Shown here: positions 10,083-19,424 of the stretch, in pieces
How the letters are laid out: each line of letters opens with the position of its first letter
Position numbering within the stretch: the first letter of the stretch is position 1
From: Umezawaea sp.
GTDB lineage: Bacteria > Actinomycetota > Actinomycetes > Mycobacteriales > Pseudonocardiaceae
Assembly: GCA_039922235.1 (NCBI GenBank)
Contig: JBDSAJ010000990.1
Span: 1 to 51,852 of the forward strand
Length of the DNA: 51,852 nt
Direction of reading: 5' to 3'
Position numbers and translations under genes: made by a program
The notes under the pieces: generated by a model
Databases searched by the model: none
Told to the model about the DNA's origin: nothing
What the model saw: only the letters and a program-made list of their open reading frames with translations

Positions 10083-10789
10083 CTGGTCACCCGATCCCCC
10101 ACCCGCAGACCGCGCTGGTCGACCAGGTCCAGCAGTGCGGCCACGGTGCCCGCGAGGTCCAGTGACGTCGTGTCGACCTCGACCGCGTCGTCCGCGGGGC
10201 GAAGCGGCGAGACCGCCCGCGTCGAGTCGTAGTTGTCGCGCCGCTGCACGTCCGCCAGCGTGGCGTCCACGGTCGACACGCGGCCCGCGGCGGTGTCCTG
10301 CCTGGTGCGGCGCTGCGCGCGCGCTTCGGCGGACGCCGTCAGGTACACCTTCAGGTCGGCGTCGGGCGCGACGACGGTGCCGATGTCGCGGCCTTCGACG
10401 ACGATGCCGTCGGCTTCGGCGATGATCCGGCGCTGCTCGGCGACGAGCAGTTCGCGGACCTCGCGCACGGCGGACACGGGCGACACCGCGAGCGTCACGT
10501 CCGCGCCGCGGATCTCGGCGCCGACGTCCTGGCCGTCCAGCGTCGTGGTCGCGCGGGCCGGGTCGGTGCCCAGCACGAGCCTGGCCGCGCGGGCGATGGA
10601 AATCACTCGTTCGGTGTCGAGCGGGTCGACCCCGGCGCGCAGCACCGCCAGCGTCACGGCGCGGTACATCGCGCCGGTGTCCAGGTACCGGGCGTCCAGG
10701 ATGGCCGCCAGCCGGCGCGCCACGGAGGACTTGCCGGTGCCGGAAGGCCCGTCGAGGGCCACCACGCCACGCAGCTCACCTTGTCCCAC
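10079..10789 (-). CDS. cmk: Cytidylate kinase
   Basis: [30 protein letters not shown]. Confidence 0.97.
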   Translation of the reverse strand: MGQGELRGVVALDGPSGTGKSSVARRLAAILDARYLDTGAMYRAVTLAVLRAGVDPLDTERVISIARAARLVLGTDPARATTTLDGQDVGAEIRGADVTLAVSPVSAVREVRELLVAEQRRIIAEADGIVVEGRDIGTVVAPDADLKVYLTASAEARAQRRTRQDTAAGRVSTVDATLADVQRRDNYDSTRAVSPLRPADDAVEVDTTSLDLAGTVAALLDLVDQRGLRVGDRVTR

Positions 10790-10913
10790 CGCGACTTCCT
10801 CCTGATGTCGATGACGCGGGCAGCTCATGTACCGGCGCCCACGACCACCCATTGTGCCCGGTGTGGCGCGTCACACCCGCATCAGGCGTGGATTGGTGCC
10901 CTCCCGAGCCCTC

Positions 10914-11279
10914 TCACTGCTGCTTCAGATCGGTGCGCAGCGCGGCGGCGCCCCGCAGGTACACGTGCTTCACGGCGGCCCGTGGCAGGTCCGTCTCCAC
11001 GTGCGCCATCAGCCGGATCACCCTGGGCATCGCGCCGGGCACCGCGATCTCGGTCGCCGACAGCAGCGGCACGTCGTCCAGCCCCGCCCGCCGCGCCGCG
11101 TACGCCGGGAACTCCGACACGACGTCCGGTGTCGCCGTGAGGATCACGCTGATCACCTCGTCGCTGGTGAGACCGTTGCGCGCCAACACTTCCCGGACCA
11201 GTTCGGCCGTCGCCTCCAGCACCTGGTCGCGGTCGTCGGCGTCGATCTGGGTCGCACCGCGAATCGCTCGTACCGCCAT
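10914..11279 (-). CDS. aroH: Chorismate mutase, AroH class
   Basis: VRAIRGAT, FPAYAAR, HVYLRGAAALRTDL. Confidence 0.95.
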   Translation of the reverse strand: MAVRAIRGATQIDADDRDQVLEATAELVREVLARNGLTSDEVISVILTATPDVVSEFPAYAARRAGLDDVPLLSATEIAVPGAMPRVIRLMAHVETDLPRAAVKHVYLRGAAALRTDLKQQ

Positions 11280-11289
11280 TCGGTGGACT

Positions 11290-12435
11290 CTAGAGGTCCG
11301 CCAGCAGCAGGCCGCTGCGGGGTTTCGGGGTGAAGTAGGTGCTCTTGCGCGGCATCCGCTCCCCCGCCGCGTGCACGGCCAGCACGTCGGCGAGCGGAAC
11401 CGGCGCCACCAGCAGCACCGCGTCGGCCGCGACCGAGCGCCACCGGTCGTCGGTCACCGGCTTCACCCGCGGGGACTCCGGGTCCAGTCCGAGCGCCTTC
11501 TCCAGCAGCAGGGACTCCACGGCGGCGTGGTCGACGCCCGGCACGGGCAGTTCGACGCGCAGCACCCGGTCCGGGCACACCACCACGACCACGCCCGGCT
11601 CCGGCGGCACGGCGGCGGGCAGGTCGTCCACCCGCAGGCCGACCCCGCGCCACGCCTCGACGAGGTCGTCGGCGGTCAGGCCGGTGTCCACGAGCGCGCG
11701 GTGGATCGGGCCGATCCGCAGCGCGGGCCCGGCGGTGATCAGTGCGAGCAGGCCGCTCAGCCCGGCCGCGGCCGCCGCGGCGACCCGGTGGTTGCCGTCG
11801 GCGACGAGCAGCGGGTGCGCGCCAGCCGCGGCGAGCAGGGAGTCCTGTTCCTCGCCCGGCCCGACCAGCCACATCCGGTGCCTGCGCCCGCCGGAGTCCA
11901 CCAGGGACACGGCGGGCTCGCGACCGGACCCGACGTCGAGCAGCGCGGTCAGGTCGTCGCGCGCGGCGACCGGCACGAGCATCGCGGCGCTGGTGGCGAC
12001 CCCGAGCCCGGCGAGCACGCGGGCCCGTTCGGCCACGACGTCGGGGTACACCTGCTCGCTGTGCCGGACGCGGCTGATCCCGTCGGCGTCGACCGCGGCC
12101 GGGTCCACCATGCACAGCAGGCCTGCCGCCGTCCCGTCCGGACCGTCCACCCAGTACGGCGCGACGACGTCGGCCACCGGCCGGTACGACCGGCGCAGCA
12201 GCTCCGCGAGCGCCTCGCGGGCCACCGGCAGCGACTCGACCAACCCCGTCCCGGCGGCCAGCGCGGCGGGCGTGCGGTGCGGGTGCTGCACGGCGAGCAG
12301 CGTGCCGCGGCCACCGCCTGGACCAGCCAGTGCGCGGATGACGCGGTCCGGTTCGGCGAACTCGTCCACGTCCGGACCCGGCACGCGGTCGCGCACGACC
12401 CATCCACGCCGCACCGGCTGAAGCCATCCCGTCAT
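11290..12435 (-). CDS. DUF1015-family protein
   Basis: HSEQV, VADGNHR and C-terminal MPRKSTYFTPKPRSGL. Confidence 0.8.
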   Translation of the reverse strand: MTGWLQPVRRGWVVRDRVPGPDVDEFAEPDRVIRALAGPGGGRGTLLAVQHPHRTPAALAAGTGLVESLPVAREALAELLRRSYRPVADVVAPYWVDGPDGTAAGLLCMVDPAAVDADGISRVRHSEQVYPDVVAERARVLAGLGVATSAAMLVPVAARDDLTALLDVGSGREPAVSLVDSGGRRHRMWLVGPGEEQDSLLAAAGAHPLLVADGNHRVAAAAAAGLSGLLALITAGPALRIGPIHRALVDTGLTADDLVEAWRGVGLRVDDLPAAVPPEPGVVVVVCPDRVLRVELPVPGVDHAAVESLLLEKALGLDPESPRVKPVTDDRWRSVAADAVLLVAPVPLADVLAVHAAGERMPRKSTYFTPKPRSGLLLADL

Positions 12436-12492
12436 TCGCGCACGGTACTGCGGTGTCCAGTCCGGTCATCGGACGTAAAGTACGCTTTACCC

Positions 12493-12975
12493 GTGAACGT
12501 CGAGGTGACGCCGCTACCGGGAATCGGCACCCGGCAGGACTTCATGATCCGCGCGGACCGGCGAATCGGGGTGATCACCTACCGGGACGGCAAGTTCGAG
12601 CTGATCGTCTCGAAGACCGAGGACCCCGACGCGTGCATGGCGTCCATACCGCTGACCCCCGCGGAAGCGGGCACCCTCGCGGGGCTGCTCGGCGCGCCGC
12701 AGTTGGTGGCGCACCTGGAGAACCAGCACAGCGACGTCACCGGGATCGACACCAAGCAGTTCCCGATCGTCCCCGGTTCGCGGTACGACGGCAGGGAACT
12801 GGGCGACACCCAGCTGCGCACCAAGACGGGCGCGTCGATCGTCGCCGTGGTGCGCGCGGGCACCGTGCACCCCTCGCCCCGCCCGGACTTCGTGTTCGCG
12901 GGCGGTGACCTGGTCGTGGTGGTCGGCACGTCGGACGGACTCGCGTCGTCCGCCGAGATCCTGGGCGGTGGCTGA
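12493..12975 (+). CDS. Cation:proton antiporter regulatory subunit (KhtT-like, TrkA_C)
   Basis: VTPLPGIG...LRTKTGASIVAVVR...PSPRPDF; TACGCT 6 nt before the GTG suggests a leaderless mRNA. Confidence 0.9.
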   Translation: MNVEVTPLPGIGTRQDFMIRADRRIGVITYRDGKFELIVSKTEDPDACMASIPLTPAEAGTLAGLLGAPQLVAHLENQHSDVTGIDTKQFPIVPGSRYDGRELGDTQLRTKTGASIVAVVRAGTVHPSPRPDFVFAGGDLVVVVGTSDGLASSAEILGGG

Positions 12976-12981
12976 GCACCC

Positions 12982-13567
12982 GTGCACACCACAGCGATCG
13001 CACTGATCCAACTCGGGGCGGTCTTCTTCGGCCTGGGCCTGCTCGGCCGGGTCGCCTGGAAGATCGGCATCTCCCCCATCCCGCTCTACCTGATCGGTGG
13101 GCTGGCCTTCGGGCACGGCGGGCTGATCCCGCTGGACAACATCGACGAGTTCACCCACCTCGCCAGCGAGATCGGCGTGGTGCTGCTGCTGTTGCTGCTG
13201 GGCCTGGAGTACTCGGCGAGCGAACTGGTCACCGGCCTGAAGCGGTCGTGGATGGCGGGCCTGCTCGACATCGTGCTCAACGCGACGCCCGGCGCCGTCG
13301 CCGGCCTGCTGCTGGGCTGGGGGCCGGTCGGCGCGCTCGCGATGGCGGGCGTCACCTACATCTCCTCCTCCGGCATCATCGCGAAGGTGCTCGGCGACCT
13401 CGGGCGGCTCGGCAACCGGGAGACGCCGGTCGTGCTGTCGGTGCTGGTGTTCGAGGACCTGGCGATGGCCGTGTACCTGCCGATCCTGACGGCTGTGCTG
13501 GCGGGCGTGAGCTTCGCGGGCGGGCTGAGCGCGGTGGGCATCTCGCTGGCCGCGATCACCGTGGTCC
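12982..13567 (+). pseudogene. 5' half of a CPA2 cation:proton antiporter (KhtU-like), interrupted by the prophage
   Basis: PIPLYL, SEIGVVLLLLLLGLE, ISSSGII and VFEDL motifs; after AITVV the frame turns non-hydrophobic and stops at 13689, and GC3 bias drops. Confidence 0.85.
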
Positions 13568-13788
13568 AGCTTATCTCAAAGTCCACATGTCTCCCCACCG
13601 GCCCTAGTCAACCCGCAACTTCCGCGATCTACGCCAACGCGGTGCCCTCGTGCGGTTTCCGCAGGTATCAGCCATCACACAACGCCTGACCAGCACTTAT
13701 GGTTCAGATCGGCGCGACGGCGGCGACTCAGGCGAGGGATGCGCGGACGTTGAGGCCGCACGACCCCAGCACGTAGCTACCCGCAACG

Positions 13789-14973
13789 TCAGACGTTCGG
13801 ACCGAGCCAAGCAACGAAGTTCGCAACGGAGTCAGACTTCCGACGTTCAGCCAGCGCGATACCGCGTGCGGTCTCCCTCACGCTGGGATGCAGCCGGGTC
13901 TGTTGCGGAGCTACCTTCCGGGCCTTGTTGAGCGCGTCAAGTGCTCTTCCTGGCTCGCCCGAGAGCAACCAGGCACGGGCGGTGTCCTGGTAGTGGTGCC
14001 CGGCGCGTGGCGGTGCGATCGATGCCGGTAGACGTAGCGCCGTTCCCTCGCGAGCCGCAATGGCGGGGTCGCCTGCCTCAAGTTCGACCGCGCAGGCGTG
14101 AATGCCTACGTTGGCGCGACCAAAGAGCGTGCCGTATGCGTCTGACTCACCGTTTACGTGCTCGGCGAGCTTGTGCGCTTCAGCGATGTGCTCACGCGCT
14201 AGTACGGGGTTCCTGCCACGTGCCGCCGCGATTGCCCCTGCTAGGTGCGCATATCCGCGTACCGCCAGTGCCGATTCATCGTTCCCCTCGATCGAGTCGA
14301 GCCCACGTTCCACAAGGGAGAGCCCAACGTCGTACGACCCGACGTACATCAGAACACGGCAGCGTTTTACTAGAGCCTGCGCGGAGTAGAGCGGATCATC
14401 GGCGCGCGAGGCTACGTACTCCAGGCGGTCAAGTGTCGGCGTGGTGAGCGTCATATATCCGAATCGCCTGCAAAGTCGCTCGGCGGTGACGTACGCGCTC
14501 GACAACAGCGTGTAGATGGCCGCGCGTTCGCCGTCCGTGTTGGCTGCGTGAACGGCCCCGTGAAGTTGGCGAATGAGGATGGGGAGCCTGACAAGCGATT
14601 GGCGCCCCTTGTCGTTGCGGTACGCCGTGTTGATGAACCCGAGTTCGACCCTCAGATCATCGAGTGGTTCAGGCTCGATGGCCCCTACGTACTGCCCCTC
14701 GGCGAGGATCGCGCGAAGATCGGCGAATCCTTCCAGCCGACCGTCAAGCTCGATGGTGTCGAGGTAGGGCGTATCGACGAGTTCTTCGTACTCCACGTGC
14801 AGGGCGACGCCCACAGCAGCGATGAACGCAGGGCTCGGGGGCTCGACCCCCTGCTCAACCTTGCGCACCAGCGAGAGTGAGTACGCCGTCTTACGGGCCA
14901 GAGCGGCCTGAGTGAGTCCCGCCAGTTTGCGAGATGCGGCGATCCGAGTACCGACGCCGAGTGTGTCAGTCAC
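13789..14973 (-). CDS. XRE-family HTH regulator with a long helical C-terminal domain
   Basis: RIAASRKLAGLTQAALARKTAYSLSLVRKVEQG; C-terminal ARKVAPQQTRLHP. Confidence 0.9.
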   Translation of the reverse strand: MTDTLGVGTRIAASRKLAGLTQAALARKTAYSLSLVRKVEQGVEPPSPAFIAAVGVALHVEYEELVDTPYLDTIELDGRLEGFADLRAILAEGQYVGAIEPEPLDDLRVELGFINTAYRNDKGRQSLVRLPILIRQLHGAVHAANTDGERAAIYTLLSSAYVTAERLCRRFGYMTLTTPTLDRLEYVASRADDPLYSAQALVKRCRVLMYVGSYDVGLSLVERGLDSIEGNDESALAVRGYAHLAGAIAAARGRNPVLAREHIAEAHKLAEHVNGESDAYGTLFGRANVGIHACAVELEAGDPAIAAREGTALRLPASIAPPRAGHHYQDTARAWLLSGEPGRALDALNKARKVAPQQTRLHPSVRETARGIALAERRKSDSVANFVAWLGPNV

Positions 14974-15331
14974 GTGGAGCCCTCTCGGTGGGGTCGGGTG
15001 CATACCTCCTCAAGACTACCCACGCGATCGTTACCCCGAACGGACTGTCACTTGACTGTCACTCCATGTTCTTGATCATCACTACCGTCTGTATAGCCAG
15101 CGCTCATAGCGGGCCGCTGGTCAGCCGCAGAGCGGGGCCGCTACCCCTCAGGTATCCGCCCCGAAACGGTCGCCTACGTGGTCCCCGCTCTGCATTGAAC
15201 GGCTGTGACGGCGCGACATGTTGAGACCTGCCGTTGCATCCCGAACGCGGAGCAGGATCGCTACGACCTTCCGGTCCCCACCGGTGATCCCCCGGCGGCC
15301 CTGCTCCGCCACGGCCAACGGAGGACACGAG

Positions 15332-15502
15332 ATGGCTGGATTTCTAGGAGCGCTCCTGGGTGGTGGCGTCGCCCTCTCGGTGATCTACGCCTGTCGCCTG
15401 ATCCACGCTGCGCGTGGGTGTGACGCCTGCTTGGCCTTCGTGGAGTTACGTGGACTTCGCACGCGGATACGGCGCGCGTTCACTCGGCAGAGTGCAACAT
15501 GA
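15332..15502 (+). CDS. Small membrane protein
   Basis: RBS GGAGG, hydrophobic N-terminus, ATGA coupling to the next gene. Confidence 0.6.
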   Translation: MAGFLGALLGGGVALSVIYACRLIHAARGCDACLAFVELRGLRTRIRRAFTRQSAT

Positions 15503-15969
15503 CCACCCTGGCGCTGGACTCCCGCGACGTAGACGCGTGGATTGGGCTGCTGACGAACAAGGGATGGACGCACTACTACCTCCCCAATCGGGAAGCTCCA
15601 ATCGCCGTGGCGTCAACGTTCTGGCACGCGGGCTACGTCGATGTGATCCAACTGTTCGACCGAGCCGACGCGTTCGCCTACCGGGCTCCAATGGAGCGAT
15701 GGGCAGGACCGGGGTTGCACGAGTTCAGTCCGGCCGCCGTGGTCTGGACCTACGGCGGTGACCCGAATTGGACGATCAGGATGGCGATCACGCTCCCCCC
15801 GCCGGGAGACAGGCAAGCACCAACCACGCCCGAACCGCCCCCGCCAATGTGCAGGGTGTTTCCGGAGATGGCGGCGAAAGTTCGCGGCGTAGTGATCCGC
15901 CCGAACACACCTAGCGGCTTCAGCACGACCGTTGAGCCTCCGGTGCCGCGTAATCCGGTTTCGCGCTAG
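15499..15969 (+). CDS. Hypothetical protein
   Basis: 156-aa ORF coupled to the upstream gene; protein-like composition. Confidence 0.7.
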   Translation: MTTLALDSRDVDAWIGLLTNKGWTHYYLPNREAPIAVASTFWHAGYVDVIQLFDRADAFAYRAPMERWAGPGLHEFSPAAVVWTYGGDPNWTIRMAITLPPPGDRQAPTTPEPPPPMCRVFPEMAAKVRGVVIRPNTPSGFSTTVEPPVPRNPVSR

Positions 15970-16155
15970 GACCACCATGCCCCCGACTGCGGCGGTCGGG
16001 GAATGCGGGTGGCGTGCGTCGAGCAGCACAGCTACTCCCACGTAGTGAGCGCCCCACGTCACCCGCCCTTAGCGGCGGTGGGATCGGGTCTTCCCGACAG
16101 AGACCGGTCTCACCGCCTTCCACTTTGAGCCCCACACCGACGAACGGAGACCACG

Positions 16156-16401
16156 TTGACCGGCATCAAGGCACCTTCCATGTCTGCGGTGGGAGTCGCG
16201 CCGAGTGATGCTGACCCGCTCCAAGTCTTGGCGTGGGTCTTCACCTTCTCTGACCGGACAATGGTTCTTGCCGATAACGGGGATTTCTTGGGCCGGTTCG
16301 ACTCGGAGGACAGTGCGGTTCGGTTCATGTCCTTTGGGATCGACTCGGAGAGACTACGTCTCAGCGTCCGCGCACTCGACATCATCGAGGCGCACAAGTA
16401 G
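16156..16401 (+). CDS. Hypothetical protein
   Basis: 81-aa ORF after GGAGA RBS. Confidence 0.55.
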   Translation: MTGIKAPSMSAVGVAPSDADPLQVLAWVFTFSDRTMVLADNGDFLGRFDSEDSAVRFMSFGIDSERLRLSVRALDIIEAHK

Positions 16402-16417
16402 CGAGAGGGGGCATCTC

Positions 16418-16762
16418 GTGCGCGACGAGTTCACTTTAAAAGGATATCGAATTTGGCGCTCAAGCTCAGGTTTCGACGGTGACCGAGACCGTGAATTCAG
16501 AACCTGGAAAAGAGCCTTCGAGTGCCCATATGGTCACACATTCGACCTCACCTTCGACGCTGACGCTGAAATACCAGTCGCATGGGAGTGCCGCACTCAC
16601 AGCATTATGGCCAAGCTGCCGTTCGGCGAGTCCCCACCGCCGCAACCAGTGAGGTATCCGACCAAGTCCCCTCTCGACCACCTGCACGAACGACGCACGG
16701 TCGCCGAGCTGGACACACTCCTAGAAGAACGTCTAGCGGAACTCAGGAATTCGCGAGTCTGA
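16418..16762 (+). CDS. rbpA: RNA polymerase-binding protein RbpA paralogue
   Basis: LKGYRI, CPYGHTFDLTFDADAEIPVAWEC and LHERRTVAELDTLLEERL align with the RbpA N-terminal, core and sigma-interaction segments. Confidence 0.85.
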   Translation: MRDEFTLKGYRIWRSSSGFDGDRDREFRTWKRAFECPYGHTFDLTFDADAEIPVAWECRTHSIMAKLPFGESPPPQPVRYPTKSPLDHLHERRTVAELDTLLEERLAELRNSRV

Positions 16763-16792
16763 ACAGACTGGGCAACCGAAGGAACGTCCGCA

Positions 16793-17152
16793 GTGTCAAC
16801 GAGATCGGAAACCACGTTCAGCCATCCCCTCCCACTACGTCAGCCGGGGACTGACAAGACAACCCCCCGCGAGCGACAGGTTTTGATGTTGGTGGCTCTC
16901 GGGTACATCAACCGCGAGATCGGCAATCAACTGGGTATCACCGAGGACACTGTTAAATCCTACGTCCTTCGCTTGATGAGAAAGTTCTGCGCGCGAAATC
17001 GGGTTCATCTCGTCGTGACCGCCCAGCTCAACGGGATGCTCACGATCAAGCGCAGCGACGGTGTCCGGTGCGATACGGCGGCAGTAGTGATCTCCGTGGA
17101 TGGCGGGTCAGCCGCTTGGGCGGACTCGGGTGGGATCTCAGTGACGCAGTAG
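16793..17152 (+). CDS. Stand-alone LuxR-type HTH protein
   Basis: TPRERQVLMLVALGYINREIGNQLGITEDTVKSYV...NRVHLV; no receiver domain. Confidence 0.85.
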   Translation: MSTRSETTFSHPLPLRQPGTDKTTPRERQVLMLVALGYINREIGNQLGITEDTVKSYVLRLMRKFCARNRVHLVVTAQLNGMLTIKRSDGVRCDTAAVVISVDGGSAAWADSGGISVTQ

Positions 17153-17516
17153 CCATCCCAACAGAAAGCTCCACCGCGCCACGGCCGCTACTAGCCAAGC
17201 AGTCGGGATTACCAGTTCGGCAGGCAGAAAGGACCAGCGACACACGATCTACGCACCGAAAGCGGAGTGACCCGACCAGAATGAGCATTCCGCCACTTCG
17301 CCATGCGCGAATATATTTTTTCACGAGTGAGTCAATCGGCAAGTTTCACCCAATTGAACCTTTCGACGTGGGCATAAAATCAGCATGATAGTTCCTGCTC
17401 CGACAACATGCGCCGCTACCGCTCCAGCAAGGCGACGCGGAACAGAGGAGTGCGCTATATAGCCAGGTGAGCGGCAGAGGCTCAATGCCGCCCAAAAGCA
17501 CGAACAGAGGATGGTC

Positions 17517-17759
17517 ATGGATCTGTATTCGATCGGACTGGACGGGCTTGCCTCGCGGAAGATGTGCGGCGGCAACACTGGCGACAAGTCGGACGAGAAC
17601 TCGGAGTCGTGCGTCATGGTGACCGGAATCCCCGGCTTGCCGGGAGCGGTCGAGTTGACCGACAGCAAGAACCCCGGCGCGGGTGCCCTGCGGTTCGACG
17701 CGGCCGAGATGCGTGAGTTCGTGCTCGGCTACGCGGCCGAGAACGACATCTCGCTGTAG
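17517..17759 (+). CDS. DUF397-like protein
   Basis: CV.V...GAVELTDSKNP...LRFDAAEMREFV signature. Confidence 0.8.
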   Translation: MDLYSIGLDGLASRKMCGGNTGDKSDENSESCVMVTGIPGLPGAVELTDSKNPGAGALRFDAAEMREFVLGYAAENDISL

Positions 17760-17779
17760 CACTCGCCAGGCTGCGCGTG

Positions 17780-17818
17780 GTGCCCCAGTCCTCACCGCTA
17801 CGGTGGGGACTGGGGCAC
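17780..17818 (+). terminator. Hairpin after the DUF397 gene
   Basis: GTGCCCCAGTCCTCACCG/CGGTGGGGACTGGGGCAC followed by TT. Confidence 0.7.
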
Positions 17819-17848
17819 TTGCGTTGGCGCGAAGGGTAGACGAGACGG

Positions 17849-18280
17849 ATGACAGAACTTCACTGGCACGGGTACGTGTGGAACAACCTCGGCTCGGAGA
17901 TCAGCGACTCCAAGGGCCGAGACGAACTGCCGGACTTTCGGACACTAGAACACCCAGCGAACCGACTCGCGGCGTGCCTGAAGAAGTCGCCATCGCTAGT
18001 GCGCGGCACGTTCACGGACGTCGACGCGGCTTTGATGTGGTTCGCGACCGAGTATCGCAAGTTGCCGCGCATGCTGCGAGACGACCAGGTGGGGCAGTTG
18101 GGCTCCCCTGACGACGAGGATCGGCTTGCCCGTCAACGCGAATCGCTGCTCAGGGGAACCGATGTGGCATGGTCATTTTGGATCGTGAACGTCCGACGAG
18201 TGGATATCAACCTGATCGCTTGTCCGAGCAAACAAGCCCCTGGTTTTCCGTGTCCTAAACCAGCCACGGCGGCCCGCTAG
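17849..18280 (+). CDS. Hypothetical protein
   Basis: 143-aa ORF followed by a hairpin at ~18289-18330. Confidence 0.7.
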   Translation: MTELHWHGYVWNNLGSEISDSKGRDELPDFRTLEHPANRLAACLKKSPSLVRGTFTDVDAALMWFATEYRKLPRMLRDDQVGQLGSPDDEDRLARQRESLLRGTDVAWSFWIVNVRRVDINLIACPSKQAPGFPCPKPATAAR

Positions 18281-18342
18281 CTCGAACAGCAAGCGGCCCC
18301 ACTCTGGTATCAACAGAGCGGGGCCGTTGCGTTGTCCGATAT

Positions 18343-18750
18343 CTATGCCTCGGCGCAGGCGGTGTCACCACGTAGCCGGTTCCATGCCGCAATGGAACTG
18401 TCCTCGGCGGTGCGCACTGTAACACTCACGTAGTCGGTACCAAGGCGAGTGGCGGTTGCGCGCCCAGCCTCGCACATCGGTACCGCACTGGCCGCTTGGT
18501 CCTTGGTGAGCGTGGTCCGGATGATGACGGCTTTACCGTCCAGTGCCGCAGACGAGACCGAGGGATACCACGCGGCCGAACTGTGGTCCTCGCGGAATGC
18601 CGGGCCGATCAGGTCCGTCGAGCTGGTCGATACCGGGGTTGTGGTTGGCGCTGCGCTGGTCGATACCGCGTTCGTGGTACCGGAACCACACCCAGTGAGC
18701 ACGAGGGCGGCAGCGGCGGCAGCGGGGCCGAACAGGACACGGGCACGCAT
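18343..18750 (-). CDS. Putative lipoprotein
   Basis: Signal peptide with lipobox LTGC, then a Ser/Thr linker. Confidence 0.75.
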   Translation of the reverse strand: MRARVLFGPAAAAAALVLTGCGSGTTNAVSTSAAPTTTPVSTSSTDLIGPAFREDHSSAAWYPSVSSAALDGKAVIIRTTLTKDQAASAVPMCEAGRATATRLGTDYVSVTVRTAEDSSIAAWNRLRGDTACAEA

Positions 18751-18814
18751 TAGGTTGGTTCCCCTCTCAATGGTGAACAGTGAGGGTATCGCCGTGCCGC
18801 GTGTTGTTGTCGCA

Positions 18815-18832
18815 TGTGGTGTGCACAACAAA
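18815..18832. promoter_or_regulatory. Operator-like palindrome A (consensus TGTGGTGTGCACACCACA), first of nine copies
   Basis: TGTGGTGTGCACAACAAA, overlapping the U-tract of a - strand terminator. Confidence 0.7.
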
Positions 18833-18901
18833 AATGGCCCCCCGCCCGGAAAGGACGAGGGGCCGCGCCGTTCCTAACTCCCGTTCTCGGCCGCTATGCC
18901 G

Positions 18902-19339
18902 TCACGCCTCGCCACGAACCAACGCGCGGATGTACTCGGCTACGTCGGGGGCAAGTGTGGCGTCCTTCCCCTCTGCGAGGCCGTACACGACTACGGGACC
19001 TCGCGCCCGGTCGTGCGTGCCCCATCCGAACAGCGCGTCAGACAGGATGATGGTTGCCCAGTCGTTGAACTCGGCGTCAGCCGCGGGAACGTCGCCGAGG
19101 ACGTAGAAGGCGCACGGGTACTCGAACACCTGCCCCTCGTAACGGCGGAGCACGTCCGTGCCGAGCACTCGGGCAACCGGGGTGGTGGTCGGGTCGTTCG
19201 TGGAGATCGGCGTAACGGTGCCATCCGGCGCGATACGGAGGCCCGTACGCGAAGCCGTGTCAGCGTTCGACGTCATTCCGTCATTGTCTCCCAGGTTCTC
19301 AGCCTCGTCGCCCGTGAGTGGGCGGGTGCTGCGTGCCAT
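18902..19339 (-). CDS. Hypothetical phage protein (DUF3846-like)
   Basis: GLRIAPDG...NDWAT...GPVVVYG pattern. Confidence 0.55.
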   Translation of the reverse strand: MARSTRPLTGDEAENLGDNDGMTSNADTASRTGLRIAPDGTVTPISTNDPTTTPVARVLGTDVLRRYEGQVFEYPCAFYVLGDVPAADAEFNDWATIILSDALFGWGTHDRARGPVVVYGLAEGKDATLAPDVAEYIRALVRGEA

Positions 19340-19424
19340 TGAGGTGCCTCTCTCGGTTGGTGCAACAGAAGGGGTCTTCGCGCAGCCCGGTCCCCCGCGA
19401 TCAGAGGACCGGGCCGGGAGTCGT

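Noticed and set aside
10852-12492. Apparent 707-aa ORF ending in khtT
   Set aside because: Only 12493-12975 is KhtT-like; the rest is antisense to aroH and DUF1015
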